DNA from: a virus
Virus record (IMG/VR): IMGVR_UViG_3300049324_000002
Span: 64,001 to 128,000 of that record
DNA length: 64,000 bases
Direction: 5' to 3' (one strand)
The translations under genes were made by a program, and so were the position numbers. The notes under the pieces were generated by a model. That model was not told the DNA's origin. It did not search any database and saw only the letters and a program-made list of their open reading frames with translations. This document shows, one piece after another, positions 48,164 to 58,424 of this stretch. How positions within the stretch are numbered: position 1 is the first letter of the stretch; every line of letters starts with the position of its first letter.

Positions 48164-49375
48164 CTAAACAAAGAATGGCATGAATGCATCAGGCTGAGAC
48201 GGTGAAACCTGATGAGAAGTAGAGAAATCAGAAGTGCCATCCCAAACCCAACCAACCGTATCACCATCAAGATACGCAAGCTTCTCAAGCGACCAATCAT
48301 AGCGAATACATGAAATAGAGATTACATCACCAGCTCCAAAAGAAAAGCCAGACTGTGGCTCAATATCAATATCAACGAAAGCTGTATTAGCTGGAGCACC
48401 AGCATTCCAAGCAGAAACTATCTGAGGATTAGTATCTAATGTGAACGCTGAAGACAAGTTATTAAGGAATGCCCCAGCAGCATCATGGAAGTTAAAGAAA
48501 ATGTTAATAGGAGTGCTTCCAGTTTTAGAGCATTCAATATAAAAAGACCAAACTTCACCAACACCAGCAGGAATTGGTGGCGTATTCAAAGCAGCAGTGC
48601 TAGTAGCTCCACCAATTGTAAACTTTACACCAGTAGTCCTAGAAAAGCCAGAAACAGACGTGGCAACTAAAGTTGAAACACCAGCACCAGTATTAGACCA
48701 CCCAACAACAGACGCTGACCCGGCCGCAGGATTAGGACACAAATTCTTAGGATTAGGACTCTTAGCAGACAAAACCTGATTAGGATCAGAGAACTGAATA
48801 TACCCATTCAGAGTGGTGACAACAGTATCACCAGAGAACAAATCAGTATTAAAAGCACCGCCATAATTCATGGTGCCTGTAAAAGAAGTGGTTACTGTAT
48901 TTGATGCCCTATAGCCAACTTCAACAACAACACGATCTCCGACTTGCACCGCAACAGAAGTAAGAGCTTTATCAAACTCTGTTGTAGCAGTAGCTGTAAG
49001 AGGCCATTCAGTAGCACCAATGTTATCTGTAAGAACAGTTCCACGAACAGTATTCGTATCACCAGCAGTGACAAAGATATGAATATGATCAAAAGCATTC
49101 ATGCTAGCGCTTGATTCTTTAAAACCTATAACCCAACTAACAACACCAGAAAGGTTACCAGCCGCAACCGCTGGGGCCGATACCCAACGGCCCAGCATTA
49201 CATCCCAGTTATTAGTGACATTTACTTCAGCAATACCAATCGTAGTAGCAGTGCCACCAGGAGTCGCACCCAATAACTTAGTAACAGAAGAAGTGCTTGA
49301 ATCCCAAGCTCCACGAAAGGCAGTAGTCGGAGTATAAGGTGCAGTGGAGTTAGTAAAGTATAAACGAGTTGCCAT
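48164..49375 (-). CDS. virion/tail-associated protein with carbohydrate-binding-like C-terminal domain
   Basis: Thr/Gly/Ser-rich beta sequence; NLCPNP ... YLDGDT..W.WDGT...STS motif of actinophage minor tail proteins. Confidence 0.7.
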   Translation of the reverse strand: MATRLYFTNSTAPYTPTTAFRGAWDSSTSSVTKLLGATPGGTATTIGIAEVNVTNNWDVMLGRWVSAPAVAAGNLSGVVSWVIGFKESSASMNAFDHIHIFVTAGDTNTVRGTVLTDNIGATEWPLTATATTEFDKALTSVAVQVGDRVVVEVGYRASNTVTTSFTGTMNYGGAFNTDLFSGDTVVTTLNGYIQFSDPNQVLSAKSPNPKNLCPNPAAGSASVVGWSNTGAGVSTLVATSVSGFSRTTGVKFTIGGATSTAALNTPPIPAGVGEVWSFYIECSKTGSTPINIFFNFHDAAGAFLNNLSSAFTLDTNPQIVSAWNAGAPANTAFVDIDIEPQSGFSFGAGDVISISCIRYDWSLEKLAYLDGDTVGWVWDGTSDFSTSHQVSPSQPDAFMPFFV

Positions 49376-49376
49376 A

Positions 49377-49949
49377 TTAATACCCGCGAGAAAGAGCTAT
49401 CACAAACCACTTACTAGCAGTCGAATTATAAATAGCACCAAGGAAATCACGCTTAGCTGCCGTAGCAGTTAAATTCACAACAGACAAATCAGTTCCCAAA
49501 GCAAAAGCCGAGCCTAATGTTATAGTACGACTACCAGTGCCATCCTGAATCAATTCCCAAATACAACGCTGACCATCAGTCGGATTAGTCGGATTACTTA
49601 ACGTTCTATTCCCAGCTAACGTCACACGAAAATGATTACCTAAAGAAGCATCCGTAGCAATCGTAGCACCATCAGTGAGAGGGACCGGAGCGAACGGGAC
49701 CACAGACACCCGCGCGTCATTACCCTGCACCGCAGTGCCAGACGCCGACCCGTAAGCCACGGTCAGCGTCCGGTCAGCAGACAGAGCACCGCCACCCGTG
49801 AGGCCCGTCCCGGCCACCACAGACCGCGTAGTGGGCACCCTGGTGGCAACGCCAGCGTCTACATAGTCCTTGGTTGCAGCCTGCAGCCCGGAAGCAGGAT
49901 CCCCCGGCAGCTCGACAGGAGTAAGAAACTTACGTGCACTAGGTGGCAC
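49377..49949 (-). CDS. tail-fibre-like protein
   Basis: AATKDYVD, GTGLTGGG.LS.DRTL, LTDGATIATDASLGNHFRVTL.GNRTL.NPTN. Confidence 0.75.
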   Translation of the reverse strand: MPPSARKFLTPVELPGDPASGLQAATKDYVDAGVATRVPTTRSVVAGTGLTGGGALSADRTLTVAYGSASGTAVQGNDARVSVVPFAPVPLTDGATIATDASLGNHFRVTLAGNRTLSNPTNPTDGQRCIWELIQDGTGSRTITLGSAFALGTDLSVVNLTATAAKRDFLGAIYNSTASKWFVIALSRGY

Positions 49950-49952
49950 TAA

Positions 49953-51089
49953 TCATCCAATTATCGAAACGTAGTACTGATTAGCAGAAGGGGCAGCAGG
50001 CAAAGTCAAAACAATGTTATTAGCGTCACTAGCCAAATCATCGGCCTCGAGTCGCGCACCAGGAGTAGCACCAGAAGAGTAATAACGCAAAACCAAATCA
50101 GCGCACCAGTTACTCAAACCATGGTTAATCGTTACAACAGCACCAGAAACAGAAAAGATGCCAGAACTCGAAGCCGGGATAATCCCCTTAACCCTCTGAG
50201 GAACAACAGCAGTATCAATCGCAACGCTGTCAGAAGCAACACTGATACCAGTGCCAGCCCCAACATCAAACGTAGTGCCAGTAAGAGTAAGTCCATTACC
50301 AGCAATATAAGCAGCACCAGAAGCGGAAATGAATGTGAAAGCAGGAGTGGTCGTGCCTAGCGTGATTGCAGAATCATTAGTGAGGACGGCAAAGTTATCC
50401 GCCTTCGAGCCTTCACGAACAATCCAGTAAGAACCAAGAACAGCCTCAGCAGTAGTATCCCAGTTAGTAGAACGAACCAAAGCACTACCAGAAGCAGACC
50501 AAACATAAGGACCATTCTGACTACCAGTAGTCTGCGCAGTCAGCAAAAACACATCATTAGCTGCTGCGGTCAATCCATCAATAGTAGAGCCAGGAGAAGC
50601 AGTATTAATGTTAGTCAAAACAGCAGCACGAACAGAACCCTTAATGACCTGACCAGTAGCAACCGAAGCAAAAGAATCATCAACATACTTCTTAGTTGCA
50701 GCATCCTGATTGGATCCAGGATCCGTAACGTTAGTCAGCTTATGACTGTTAATGGAAAGGTCAGAAGTAGGAACAGCAAACTGATCCAAGCGATAAGCCT
50801 GAACAGCAGTCGCTAAATCACTAATGGTGCTAGCAACCTGAGTGCCAGTATGATTACCACGCGCCAAATGATAAGCACTACTCTGACCCTGCAACAAATC
50901 AGAATCAGTAGCCTTCAACTCAGCGGCAGAACCATTCCAATACTTAAGCCTATTACCAACAGTATTAAACCACACCAAACCCTTATCACCAGACACTAAC
51001 CCAGTAGGGTCAGAAGCTAGCAAATGAATCTTTGCATTCTGCAGCTCAAAGCCTGCGAGATCAATAGGGGTAATAAACTTGCGGGCCAC
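49953..51089 (-). CDS. fibre/head-decoration-like structural protein
   Basis: R.NHTGTQ.ASTISD, DP...QDAATK.YVD, VRAA..TNI, QT....NG.Y, AGNGLTLTG. Confidence 0.75.
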   Translation of the reverse strand: MARKFITPIDLAGFELQNAKIHLLASDPTGLVSGDKGLVWFNTVGNRLKYWNGSAAELKATDSDLLQGQSSAYHLARGNHTGTQVASTISDLATAVQAYRLDQFAVPTSDLSINSHKLTNVTDPGSNQDAATKKYVDDSFASVATGQVIKGSVRAAVLTNINTASPGSTIDGLTAAANDVFLLTAQTTGSQNGPYVWSASGSALVRSTNWDTTAEAVLGSYWIVREGSKADNFAVLTNDSAITLGTTTPAFTFISASGAAYIAGNGLTLTGTTFDVGAGTGISVASDSVAIDTAVVPQRVKGIIPASSSGIFSVSGAVVTINHGLSNWCADLVLRYYSSGATPGARLEADDLASDANNIVLTLPAAPSANQYYVSIIG

Positions 51090-51099
51090 GTTGCTGCTC

Positions 51100-51525
51100 C
51101 TAGCTCAGATCCGCATAACCAGACATAGGACGACCAGTAAAAAGCAAAACAGTAGTATCAGTATCTACATGAATAATGTCAGCAGGTTCAATGATGTCAT
51201 TAATGGAATCGTAAGCAGTGATTCCGCCAGGAAAGAAACCAAGATTATGAAGAATGGTCCAAATCTCATCAGCACTAAGCTGGTCGTGGTGGTAGCTCAC
51301 GCCGCCCGACAGCGACCCACCCGGCTCAGGGCGCCAGACCCCGTCAGAGTCCTTCACCAACACATTGCCGGGGTTCGCGCCCGCAGCACCGTCAACGTCC
51401 GACAGCCCGTCCAGCGCGCCCACAGCGGGCAGCGGAGGGGGATCCAGGACGTAGGCAGGCGCACCGACCGACAGCCAGCTCACCACGAAAGGCTCGCCCG
51501 CGTGCACACCACCGGGGGCCGTCAC
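51100..51525 (-). CDS. fibre-associated small structural protein
   Basis: LDGLSDVD; W.I.HNLG..P ... F..P.SG.A.LS. Confidence 0.7.
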   Translation of the reverse strand: MTAPGGVHAGEPFVVSWLSVGAPAYVLDPPPLPAVGALDGLSDVDGAAGANPGNVLVKDSDGVWRPEPGGSLSGGVSYHHDQLSADEIWTILHNLGFFPGGITAYDSINDIIEPADIIHVDTDTTVLLFTGRPMSGYADLS

Positions 51526-51878
51526 CCGTACACCCCGTCAGGAGTCACACGCATATCGAAATCGTCAATACGCGCAACACGATTCTCAGTATCAGTCAAC
51601 TTAATCTGAAAAGCACCAACATACCAATCCCACCCAGACGATTCATCCGCGTCAACATGAATCGTCACAGTAGAATTCGTTAACGTGATATTCGCAGGAG
51701 GATCAACACTCGACCACTCATGCAAAACACCTAACCCACCAACCCACCGATTAGGACGAACCTGCGCACGCGCTGACCACCCAGTCAAATCAACAAGACT
51801 ATTATTCTCATCATAGATAGGCCAGCCATAAGCCCAAGTGGTGCCAGCGGGAATAGTGATAGAACTCAAAAAGACCAC
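51522..51878 (-). CDS. tail/baseplate-associated Ig-like protein
   Basis: I..GTTW ... DLTGWSARAQVR ... VTP. Confidence 0.7.
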   Translation of the reverse strand: MVFLSSITIPAGTTWAYGWPIYDENNSLVDLTGWSARAQVRPNRWVGGLGVLHEWSSVDPPANITLTNSTVTIHVDADESSGWDWYVGAFQIKLTDTENRVARIDDFDMRVTPDGVYG

Positions 51879-51941
51879 CCCTCGTCAGCACTCAAACAGA
51901 GTGCAACAAGAGATGGTCTATTCACATATGGATATTCGACA

Positions 51942-52298
51942 TCAGGCAGGGATAAAGGGCAACCGAGGACGTATTACTTTCTTATCAGAAAAAACATCAC
52001 GTTGTGGTTTCCAAGCAGGATCACCACCAAACGAGTAAAGACGCGCCCTCAAATGCGCATAACATAAATTACGATTACGATCGCGTGCCCAATTCCCCCG
52101 ACCCGGGCGCGCAATCTGCCACTTCATAACCTCGTCAACATCCCACACGCGCTCCCCCGTCTCAGGAGAGAAACCTCGAGACGGGGGAGCACAACGTCGC
52201 GTCACCATAGACAACCACGATTTAGGAAGGCACCCCGCAACTGCAGCACACTCATCAGCAGTAAAAGTCGCGCCAGTCGCTAAAGCGAGTTCAAACAC
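51942..52298 (-). CDS. AlpA/excisionase-like HTH protein
   Basis: T..E.A...G....W...V.R..AP ... W..DEV..W...RPGRG. Confidence 0.65.
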   Translation of the reverse strand: MFELALATGATFTADECAAVAGCLPKSWLSMVTRRCAPPSRGFSPETGERVWDVDEVMKWQIARPGRGNWARDRNRNLCYAHLRARLYSFGGDPAWKPQRDVFSDKKVIRPRLPFIPA

Positions 52299-52304
52299 AT
52301 AAAC

Positions 52305-52658
52305 CTATTCGGAAGGCTGCTTAGCGCTCTTCCGCCTAGCACGAATAGCAAGAGATTTCTTAACCCTCTCACGACGCAACCATTCCGCACGATACTCATC
52401 TTTAGAAGCGGAGAAAGTATAATCGATAGGATACCTATAACTCCTAGCCCAAGAAGTGCCATCCGAATTTACATTCTCAGGTCGAACAGTACCACAATCA
52501 CATCTATTCTCTACACGACCACTAGAAGTACCATCTTTAAATTGATAATCAGGAAGTATCACCGGATCCCAACCGTGCCCGAAAGCATGACACTTCAATG
52601 CGGCATCAGGAAGCTCATCGAGGCTCCTGGCCCTCTTCGGCTCTCCACTAGGACTCAT
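52305..52658 (-). CDS. Zn-binding actinophage protein
   Basis: C...GH.W ... C.CGT.R ... Y.YP.DY. Confidence 0.7.
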   Translation of the reverse strand: MSPSGEPKRARSLDELPDAALKCHAFGHGWDPVILPDYQFKDGTSSGRVENRCDCGTVRPENVNSDGTSWARSYRYPIDYTFSASKDEYRAEWLRRERVKKSLAIRARRKSAKQPSE

Positions 52659-52971
52659 GAGCCGATTCTACCGAGACACTACCAGCAAGGCATATCAAAT
52701 CGACTGGTATAACCTTCAGACTCAATCCAAAGAATATTACAGCAACGCTGACACAAAATCACTCTATCGTCTTCAACCGTAACAGGAGTACTAAGAATGT
52801 GATTATTACGATTACGCTTCTTCGGTAACTTAGGAACATGTGTAATCATACGCTCAGCAACTTGTCTCTCTTCCTTCGAAAGATAAGAGACACCCTTATT
52901 GTGTCGATTATCGCCTCTATCATGAGAACGCAATCGACGTCTCGATAAACGCCTACGCCAATCCTTACTCA

Positions 52972-53415
52972 TCACCAATTAGCCACAAAGCCCTTATTAA
53001 TAGCAAAACCAAAATTAGTACAGATCATCATTAAAGCTACAGTGAACAACACCAGAGCTGCGAAAGGATGTCCATAAATATCTACAGTAAACCCAACGAT
53101 AGAAAGCACCAGCGCACTAACCGAAGTAAGAAAATACACAACAGCAGTATCCAACAAACCGAACCCAAGGATAATGACAAACATGAAACAAAACCCAGCA
53201 ATACTTATTGGAGGATAACCAGCTTCAGTATGCTTAACCAACGTGCCCGCAACCAAGTCAGCGTATCCAAACATTAAACCAATAAATCCAAATAAACAAG
53301 CAACTCCACCAATACGACCATACACAGAAGGCATCTGCCTCGTCATCGTAACCATTACAATCTCACCCCTTAAAGGGAGGTTCGGGTGTGGTATTACACT
53401 CCGGTCCTCATTCAT
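52972..53415 (-). CDS. four-TM membrane protein
   Basis: Hydrophobic helices. Confidence 0.7.
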   Translation of the reverse strand: MNEDRSVIPHPNLPLRGEIVMVTMTRQMPSVYGRIGGVACLFGFIGLMFGYADLVAGTLVKHTEAGYPPISIAGFCFMFVIILGFGLLDTAVVYFLTSVSALVLSIVGFTVDIYGHPFAALVLFTVALMMICTNFGFAINKGFVANW

Positions 53416-53458
53416 CAGAACAAGGTATCAATGATACCACACCCGAACCTCACGAACA

Positions 53459-55252
53459 TCATACCGCAGGAACCAACGCCGCAACCCGATCTCGAGCAGC
53501 CTGCGCGATCGTCAACCCAAACTGCTCAGCGACCTGCAAAGCAGCAACAGAAGCGAGACACGTGTTCACCTTCATATCACCATTATACTCAGCCCAGTAC
53601 TTACGCCTAGGCAATTCACGCTGAGCAGCAACCAACCGAGGATCATACTTCGTATTGCGGAAAACCAATTTAGTCTGGTCGTTCGGATCACAAATCACCT
53701 GAGCATCCGCACCCGGCTCCAGCACAACCTCGACCCGCTCAGGCACCTCAGCAGCAGGCATAATCACCCGCTCCCGACCCTGATCCGCTGCAGCCGCGCT
53801 CAACCAATCCCCACCGCCAGGAGACTCCTGGTAATTCGCACCAACCAAAGTAGGATCAAGAAAACGCTTAGCCCGAGTAACACAAACATAAGTCAACATC
53901 AATTCATCCCTGCGGAGATTACCTTCCTCGTCAAACGGGGGAGGAAAATCACCAGCTAACTTAACGCTATCCCATTCCAGCCCCTTAGCCTTATGGCCAG
54001 TCGAAATCTTTAGATGAGCGTAAGCCGCAGGAACCGAACGCTGCACAGCAGTAAGAATATTCTGAGCACCATAACGATTCACAAGCTTCACCAATACCTG
54101 CAAATCCCGAGCATCACTAGAATCAGATTCAACGTAGTCACAAACCTGACCCCAGTTATCGAAAGCAAGCAGCTCAGGATGCGTCGTCCGGCGACCACTC
54201 GTCAGGTCAAGAGCAGCTTTCGCCAGAGCCTCCACAGCGGCCGTGCCACCCACCAGACCCGCCTTCACACCCAACGCCTGAGCCGCCAGCAACCGAGCAA
54301 CAGCCTCAGAGTTGGTGCGACACAACACCGCCTCAGGATCCGTCAACTGAGCCAAACGAGAATCCGGTCCACAACCCTCCAACCGCAAATCAGTACCCAA
54401 CAACTCCAAAATGGTATTAGCAACATCCGCAATATCAGGACCAAACCTAAACGACTTCCTCAATGGAAGATCATTACCATCAGGAACATCGAAATACTCG
54501 AGAGCGTCAATGGCTCCCATCCAAGGATAAAGCTGCTGGAAACTGTCACCAACAATCACAAGCTCAGCATTCTGTTGTTCAACAATATTACGCGTAAGAG
54601 GAGTAGCATCCTGTGCTTCGTCAAACAAAATGACCTTACCCGGGAGGACAGGATTACCCATTCCCCACAACTTCAAATAAACAGAATGGTCGAAACGCAA
54701 CTGACCATCAAGGCTCGTCAGATCTTCCCAAGCACGCTCAACATAAGGAATTAGAAACTCAGTCAAAGCAAGACGTGCTGCAGGAGTAGTCAATCCAGGA
54801 ACCTTAGGAACAAACCGACCACTAATCTCAGCATCAGCAGAACTGCAGAAACGCTTAACCGTCTCATTCACCAAACCAACAAGCTGGAAACTACGCATCG
54901 AAAACTCACCAAACTCGAAACGCTCAGGCAACCCCATAATACTAGCGGAACGGTGAGTAGGGACGCGGCCACCATTCATACGATGCTGAAAACGCTCACC
55001 CATCACAGCATAAGCAAACGCATGCATCGTATTGCAAGTGACATTAGACGGAAACTTGGTCTTAGCATACTCTGCAATCGCACGGTTAAACGCGACATAC
55101 GTCATCAACTCATTAGGACGCATATGAGCGAGATAATCCAAAGTAGTGGTTTTACCCGTCCCGGCAAGGGCTCGAACTTTCAGGTTCCCCCTACGCGCCT
55201 CGAACGCATCACCAATAGCAAGTTGCTCGTCAGTATAAGGAAAACTAGCCAT
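53459..55252 (-). CDS. UvrD/Rep-like superfamily 1 helicase
   Basis: ALAGTGKTT, AFNR, FDEAQD, VGD..QQLY.W.GA, SFRFG, LCRTN, T.HKAKGLEW, YV..TRAK. Confidence 0.95.
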   Translation of the reverse strand: MASFPYTDEQLAIGDAFEARRGNLKVRALAGTGKTTTLDYLAHMRPNELMTYVAFNRAIAEYAKTKFPSNVTCNTMHAFAYAVMGERFQHRMNGGRVPTHRSASIMGLPERFEFGEFSMRSFQLVGLVNETVKRFCSSADAEISGRFVPKVPGLTTPAARLALTEFLIPYVERAWEDLTSLDGQLRFDHSVYLKLWGMGNPVLPGKVILFDEAQDATPLTRNIVEQQNAELVIVGDSFQQLYPWMGAIDALEYFDVPDGNDLPLRKSFRFGPDIADVANTILELLGTDLRLEGCGPDSRLAQLTDPEAVLCRTNSEAVARLLAAQALGVKAGLVGGTAAVEALAKAALDLTSGRRTTHPELLAFDNWGQVCDYVESDSSDARDLQVLVKLVNRYGAQNILTAVQRSVPAAYAHLKISTGHKAKGLEWDSVKLAGDFPPPFDEEGNLRRDELMLTYVCVTRAKRFLDPTLVGANYQESPGGGDWLSAAAADQGRERVIMPAAEVPERVEVVLEPGADAQVICDPNDQTKLVFRNTKYDPRLVAAQRELPRRKYWAEYNGDMKVNTCLASVAALQVAEQFGLTIAQAARDRVAALVPAV

Positions 55253-55310
55253 CTTCGATCCCTTCGGGTTTATCCCCTGTGAAGCTCGTACAGCTATACT
55301 AGCATGCGGC

Positions 55311-55766
55311 CTAGTGAAGCTGCAAGTCTTGTTCTCGCTCATACCTGACCTTGCCATCCGGCCAGACCAGCAAGCGCGACCGCTTCACCGATCTAGCAAG
55401 TCGAATCGTCGTCCACGTACCGGAACGACGAACCTCATGAAACGTATCTGGACACGCTACCAACAACCGAACAGCACGCACAATCACATTATTACGAACC
55501 AACGGAGGAAGCGGCTCCTCCACAATATCAGAAGGAAAAAACGCTCTATACCTTTCAATCTCACTAGGATGAGAATGAAGTATAAACCCAAAATCAACAG
55601 CCAACTTACAAGCCTGCGAATCCGCGCCAGTAGCATCGCCATGATGAAAAACAACGTAACGATCACCAAAAACACTAAAAATATTAGCTAACGAAGGAAT
55701 CTGATTAATCGACAAACCAGACCGAGGTCCAGAAAAACCAACATGCAAGGGAATCACTGAAGTCAC
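55311..55766 (-). CDS. SLOG-superfamily (DprA/YspA-like) nucleotide-binding protein
   Basis: VGFSG.R.G, HHGD..GAD, L.RN..IV, RSGTWTTIR.A. Confidence 0.85.
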   Translation of the reverse strand: MTSVIPLHVGFSGPRSGLSINQIPSLANIFSVFGDRYVVFHHGDATGADSQACKLAVDFGFILHSHPSEIERYRAFFPSDIVEEPLPPLVRNNVIVRAVRLLVACPDTFHEVRRSGTWTTIRLARSVKRSRLLVWPDGKVRYEREQDLQLH

Positions 55767-55774
55767 TAATACTT

Positions 55775-56188
55775 CTACCGACGTTCCATGGCAGGCGACG
55801 CATGCGCAGCCCGCAACTCAACTATCCGTAGAGTCAGAAACTCAGAAGGACGAAGCAGCGAAACCAACAAAGACGACATAATCGCATAACCAATTAATTG
55901 AACTATAGAAGGATCAATCCACCAGTGCAAAACGTCACTCGCAACAGTCAAACTCAGAAGAATCTGCATAAACCGTTGAAACCGTACCTGACCTCTCAAA
56001 GTCTTCCAATTAGGACAATGTAGAATTGCAAACTTCAATGCATCAGTACGAATAACAAGATAAACAGCAAACCCCAACAACGCAATCCCACTCAAAAGAG
56101 GATAACGTATCAAAAGAAACGGATCACCCACTCTGCTCGGATCCACCGTCCATCTCCTTAATCTCTCTAAACCGAATACCCATAACAA
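55775..56188 (-). CDS. membrane protein
   Basis: Three hydrophobic segments. Confidence 0.55.
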   Translation of the reverse strand: MLWVFGLERLRRWTVDPSRVGDPFLLIRYPLLSGIALLGFAVYLVIRTDALKFAILHCPNWKTLRGQVRFQRFMQILLSLTVASDVLHWWIDPSIVQLIGYAIMSSLLVSLLRPSEFLTLRIVELRAAHASPAMERR

Positions 56189-56198
56189 CTCCTACCGT

Positions 56199-56462
56199 CT
56201 ACAGGAAAGGTATGCGAGAACGTCGACGCGACCGCGTGCGACGACGGGTACGAGTGCGGCGCACCCGGCCACCACCACCCAGGACAGAAAAAAGCCACCC
56301 AAGAACAAAAATCAAGACATACGGACCCCACGTGGGCATCGTGACAGCTAGCCACGACAGATCGATCGCGCCACCCAGCTTCATGACCACCAGCACGCAC
56401 GTAAGAAGATTCAACCAGGAGAACAACCCACAACCTGGCAAATTAGCTGCAGACCTAGCCAT
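56199..56462 (-). CDS. small membrane protein with Arg-rich tail
   Basis: KL.G.ID.SW..V..P.W motif of a common phage TM family. Confidence 0.7.
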   Translation of the reverse strand: MARSAANLPGCGLFSWLNLLTCVLVVMKLGGAIDLSWLAVTMPTWGPYVLIFVLGWLFSVLGGGGRVRRTRTRRRTRSRRRSRIPFL

Positions 56463-56537
56463 GACCCTGCCCCTTTAACGGTGTCCTACAGATGTAGTAA
56501 AACTAGCATACATCGTAGAACCATGCAAATCAGTTAC

Positions 56538-57221
56538 TTACAGCCGCGCATCGTCACTCAAACGCTGTACTCGCTCAAGAACAACTTTCACTGTATTACC
56601 ATGATCTACAATTATTTGTTGCAGCGGACCCAAATCAATATCATCACCATCAACAACCAAACGCAACGGTACAAAGTCAGAAACAGAATCCGCATTCGCA
56701 CGAGTAACCAACGTATCAGTAGCAAAAACCTTCATCCTGTTTATAGCTTCATCACCAATAGCAACCCATGAAACAACTGGACTAGGAACAAACGTCTCAT
56801 CCCTAGTCATCACCCAAACAATAACATCCGTATATCGCTGAACAAAGACATACTGTCCACGCATGCGAATCAAATGACCAACCAAAGTAGAAGTACGCTT
56901 AGCACCCGCATCAGGACCATCAAAATGAATACGTGCAACCTCAGAACCCTGTAACGGGAAAGCAAAAACCGAACCCTCTTCAGCCACACCAGCATCAGTC
57001 AAAGCCTCAGCATTGCCACCTAACGAAAGCTTAGGGAGATGGCCGCCAGAAAATACAAGACCTAAATCTACACAAATCTCATTGGCTTGCTTGGCAGTCC
57101 TAGCAAAGATAACCAAATAACCCTGACGCACCCAACTAGGTGCCTTCAGTGTATGAAGAACATCTATAGGAAGATTGACGTCATAAGAATCATACGAATA
57201 AGCTCGTAACTGACGGACCAT
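56538..57221 (-). CDS. hypothetical protein
   Basis: 227-aa ORF with SD AAGGAG. Confidence 0.75.
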   Translation of the reverse strand: MVRQLRAYSYDSYDVNLPIDVLHTLKAPSWVRQGYLVIFARTAKQANEICVDLGLVFSGGHLPKLSLGGNAEALTDAGVAEEGSVFAFPLQGSEVARIHFDGPDAGAKRTSTLVGHLIRMRGQYVFVQRYTDVIVWVMTRDETFVPSPVVSWVAIGDEAINRMKVFATDTLVTRANADSVSDFVPLRLVVDGDDIDLGPLQQIIVDHGNTVKVVLERVQRLSDDARL

Positions 57222-57232
57222 GACAAGCTCCT

Positions 57233-57556
57233 TTATCGGATTTGGAGAAGAGTAGTACCGATTCTTGCTAACTGGGTTACACGATCAATACGAACTCGTT
57301 TAAGATAATCAGTAGACTGAATGTCAGAGTCAATATAATCTAAAATCTCAAAAACGCTGTTCACAGAAACAAAAACACCAACATGATTAAACGAATGAGT
57401 AACTAAAATCTGTGCTCCACTAAAAGGTGTATCTAATACAGTAGAATCAGCATACATAGTGCTATCAGCATTAAGCGCCCCATCATACACATAACCACGC
57501 TTAATCACACCAGACCCAACATCACGAACAGTTCCTAGCACAACAGGATTAACCAC
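57233..57556 (-). CDS. hypothetical protein
   Basis: SD AAAGGAG. Confidence 0.65.
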   Translation of the reverse strand: MVNPVVLGTVRDVGSGVIKRGYVYDGALNADSTMYADSTVLDTPFSGAQILVTHSFNHVGVFVSVNSVFEILDYIDSDIQSTDYLKRVRIDRVTQLARIGTTLLQIR

Positions 57557-57647
57557 GACGACGCTCCTTTACCGGAAATCATGCATTCCTGTAAGACTAG
57601 CAGACCTCGTACACAGCATGCAAGTCGGGCACGTCGTAGTCATACCG

Positions 57648-58424
57648 TCAAACCGAGGTGACTCCCAGAGCCTCCCGCAGCGGAGCACCCACCGCCCACA
57701 AAGCACGCTGCGTCACGATCGCCCGTGCCACGTCCGGGGCCGAACGATGCTGCCACTCCCCCTCCAACCACGAAGCAACATCACGATTACCAAAACAAAA
57801 CCGTGGAGACTCATCCAAATCAATAAAAGTATTCCCAGACTCACTATCAATGTACCATTTAATAATTCCCTGCTCTAGTTTAGAACCAACCAAACCAGTC
57901 AAATTGCTAGAAGTATCCACAGGACGATAACTGACCTGGCCACGCACCCCAGAAGGAACAACAACTCGAGGACAATGCAAACCTAGAATCGAGAAATCAA
58001 AACGAGCCGCGCCAGCACCACAGATATGAACAGTCTCATCAGGATCGCACACATTAGCAATATTATCCAAAAGCAACCGCTCAAGCTCAAAACCATCACG
58101 TAAAACTAAATCAGGATTACACGCAATATGATCCTGAAACAACAAAGACTTCTCAGCCATACTACGAGCAAACTTCTCGGTCTCACCAGACCGCTGCTCG
58201 TTATTCTTCCAATAAGCTTTCTCATTACCACGCTTAAAAGGAATAATCTGTGGGCTATGCCCCAACTTATTATTATAGATAGACAAATAACGATGCTGCA
58301 TAGGAGATCTCATAGAACCACTAGGATCAGTGATAGCCCAAGCGCCCTCCAACAAAGTAATGTCAGAGACTCTCAACCCAGTAGCTTCGAAGTCAATAGC
58401 AAGGAAGGCAGTCATGAGATCCAA
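57648..58424 (-). CDS. oligoribonuclease-like DEDDh exonuclease
   Basis: IDFEATGL....LLE.A..ITD, G....FD, YR..D.SS, HR...D. Confidence 0.8.
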   Translation of the reverse strand: MDLMTAFLAIDFEATGLRVSDITLLEGAWAITDPSGSMRSPMQHRYLSIYNNKLGHSPQIIPFKRGNEKAYWKNNEQRSGETEKFARSMAEKSLLFQDHIACNPDLVLRDGFELERLLLDNIANVCDPDETVHICGAGAARFDFSILGLHCPRVVVPSGVRGQVSYRPVDTSSNLTGLVGSKLEQGIIKWYIDSESGNTFIDLDESPRFCFGNRDVASWLEGEWQHRSAPDVARAIVTQRALWAVGAPLREALGVTSV

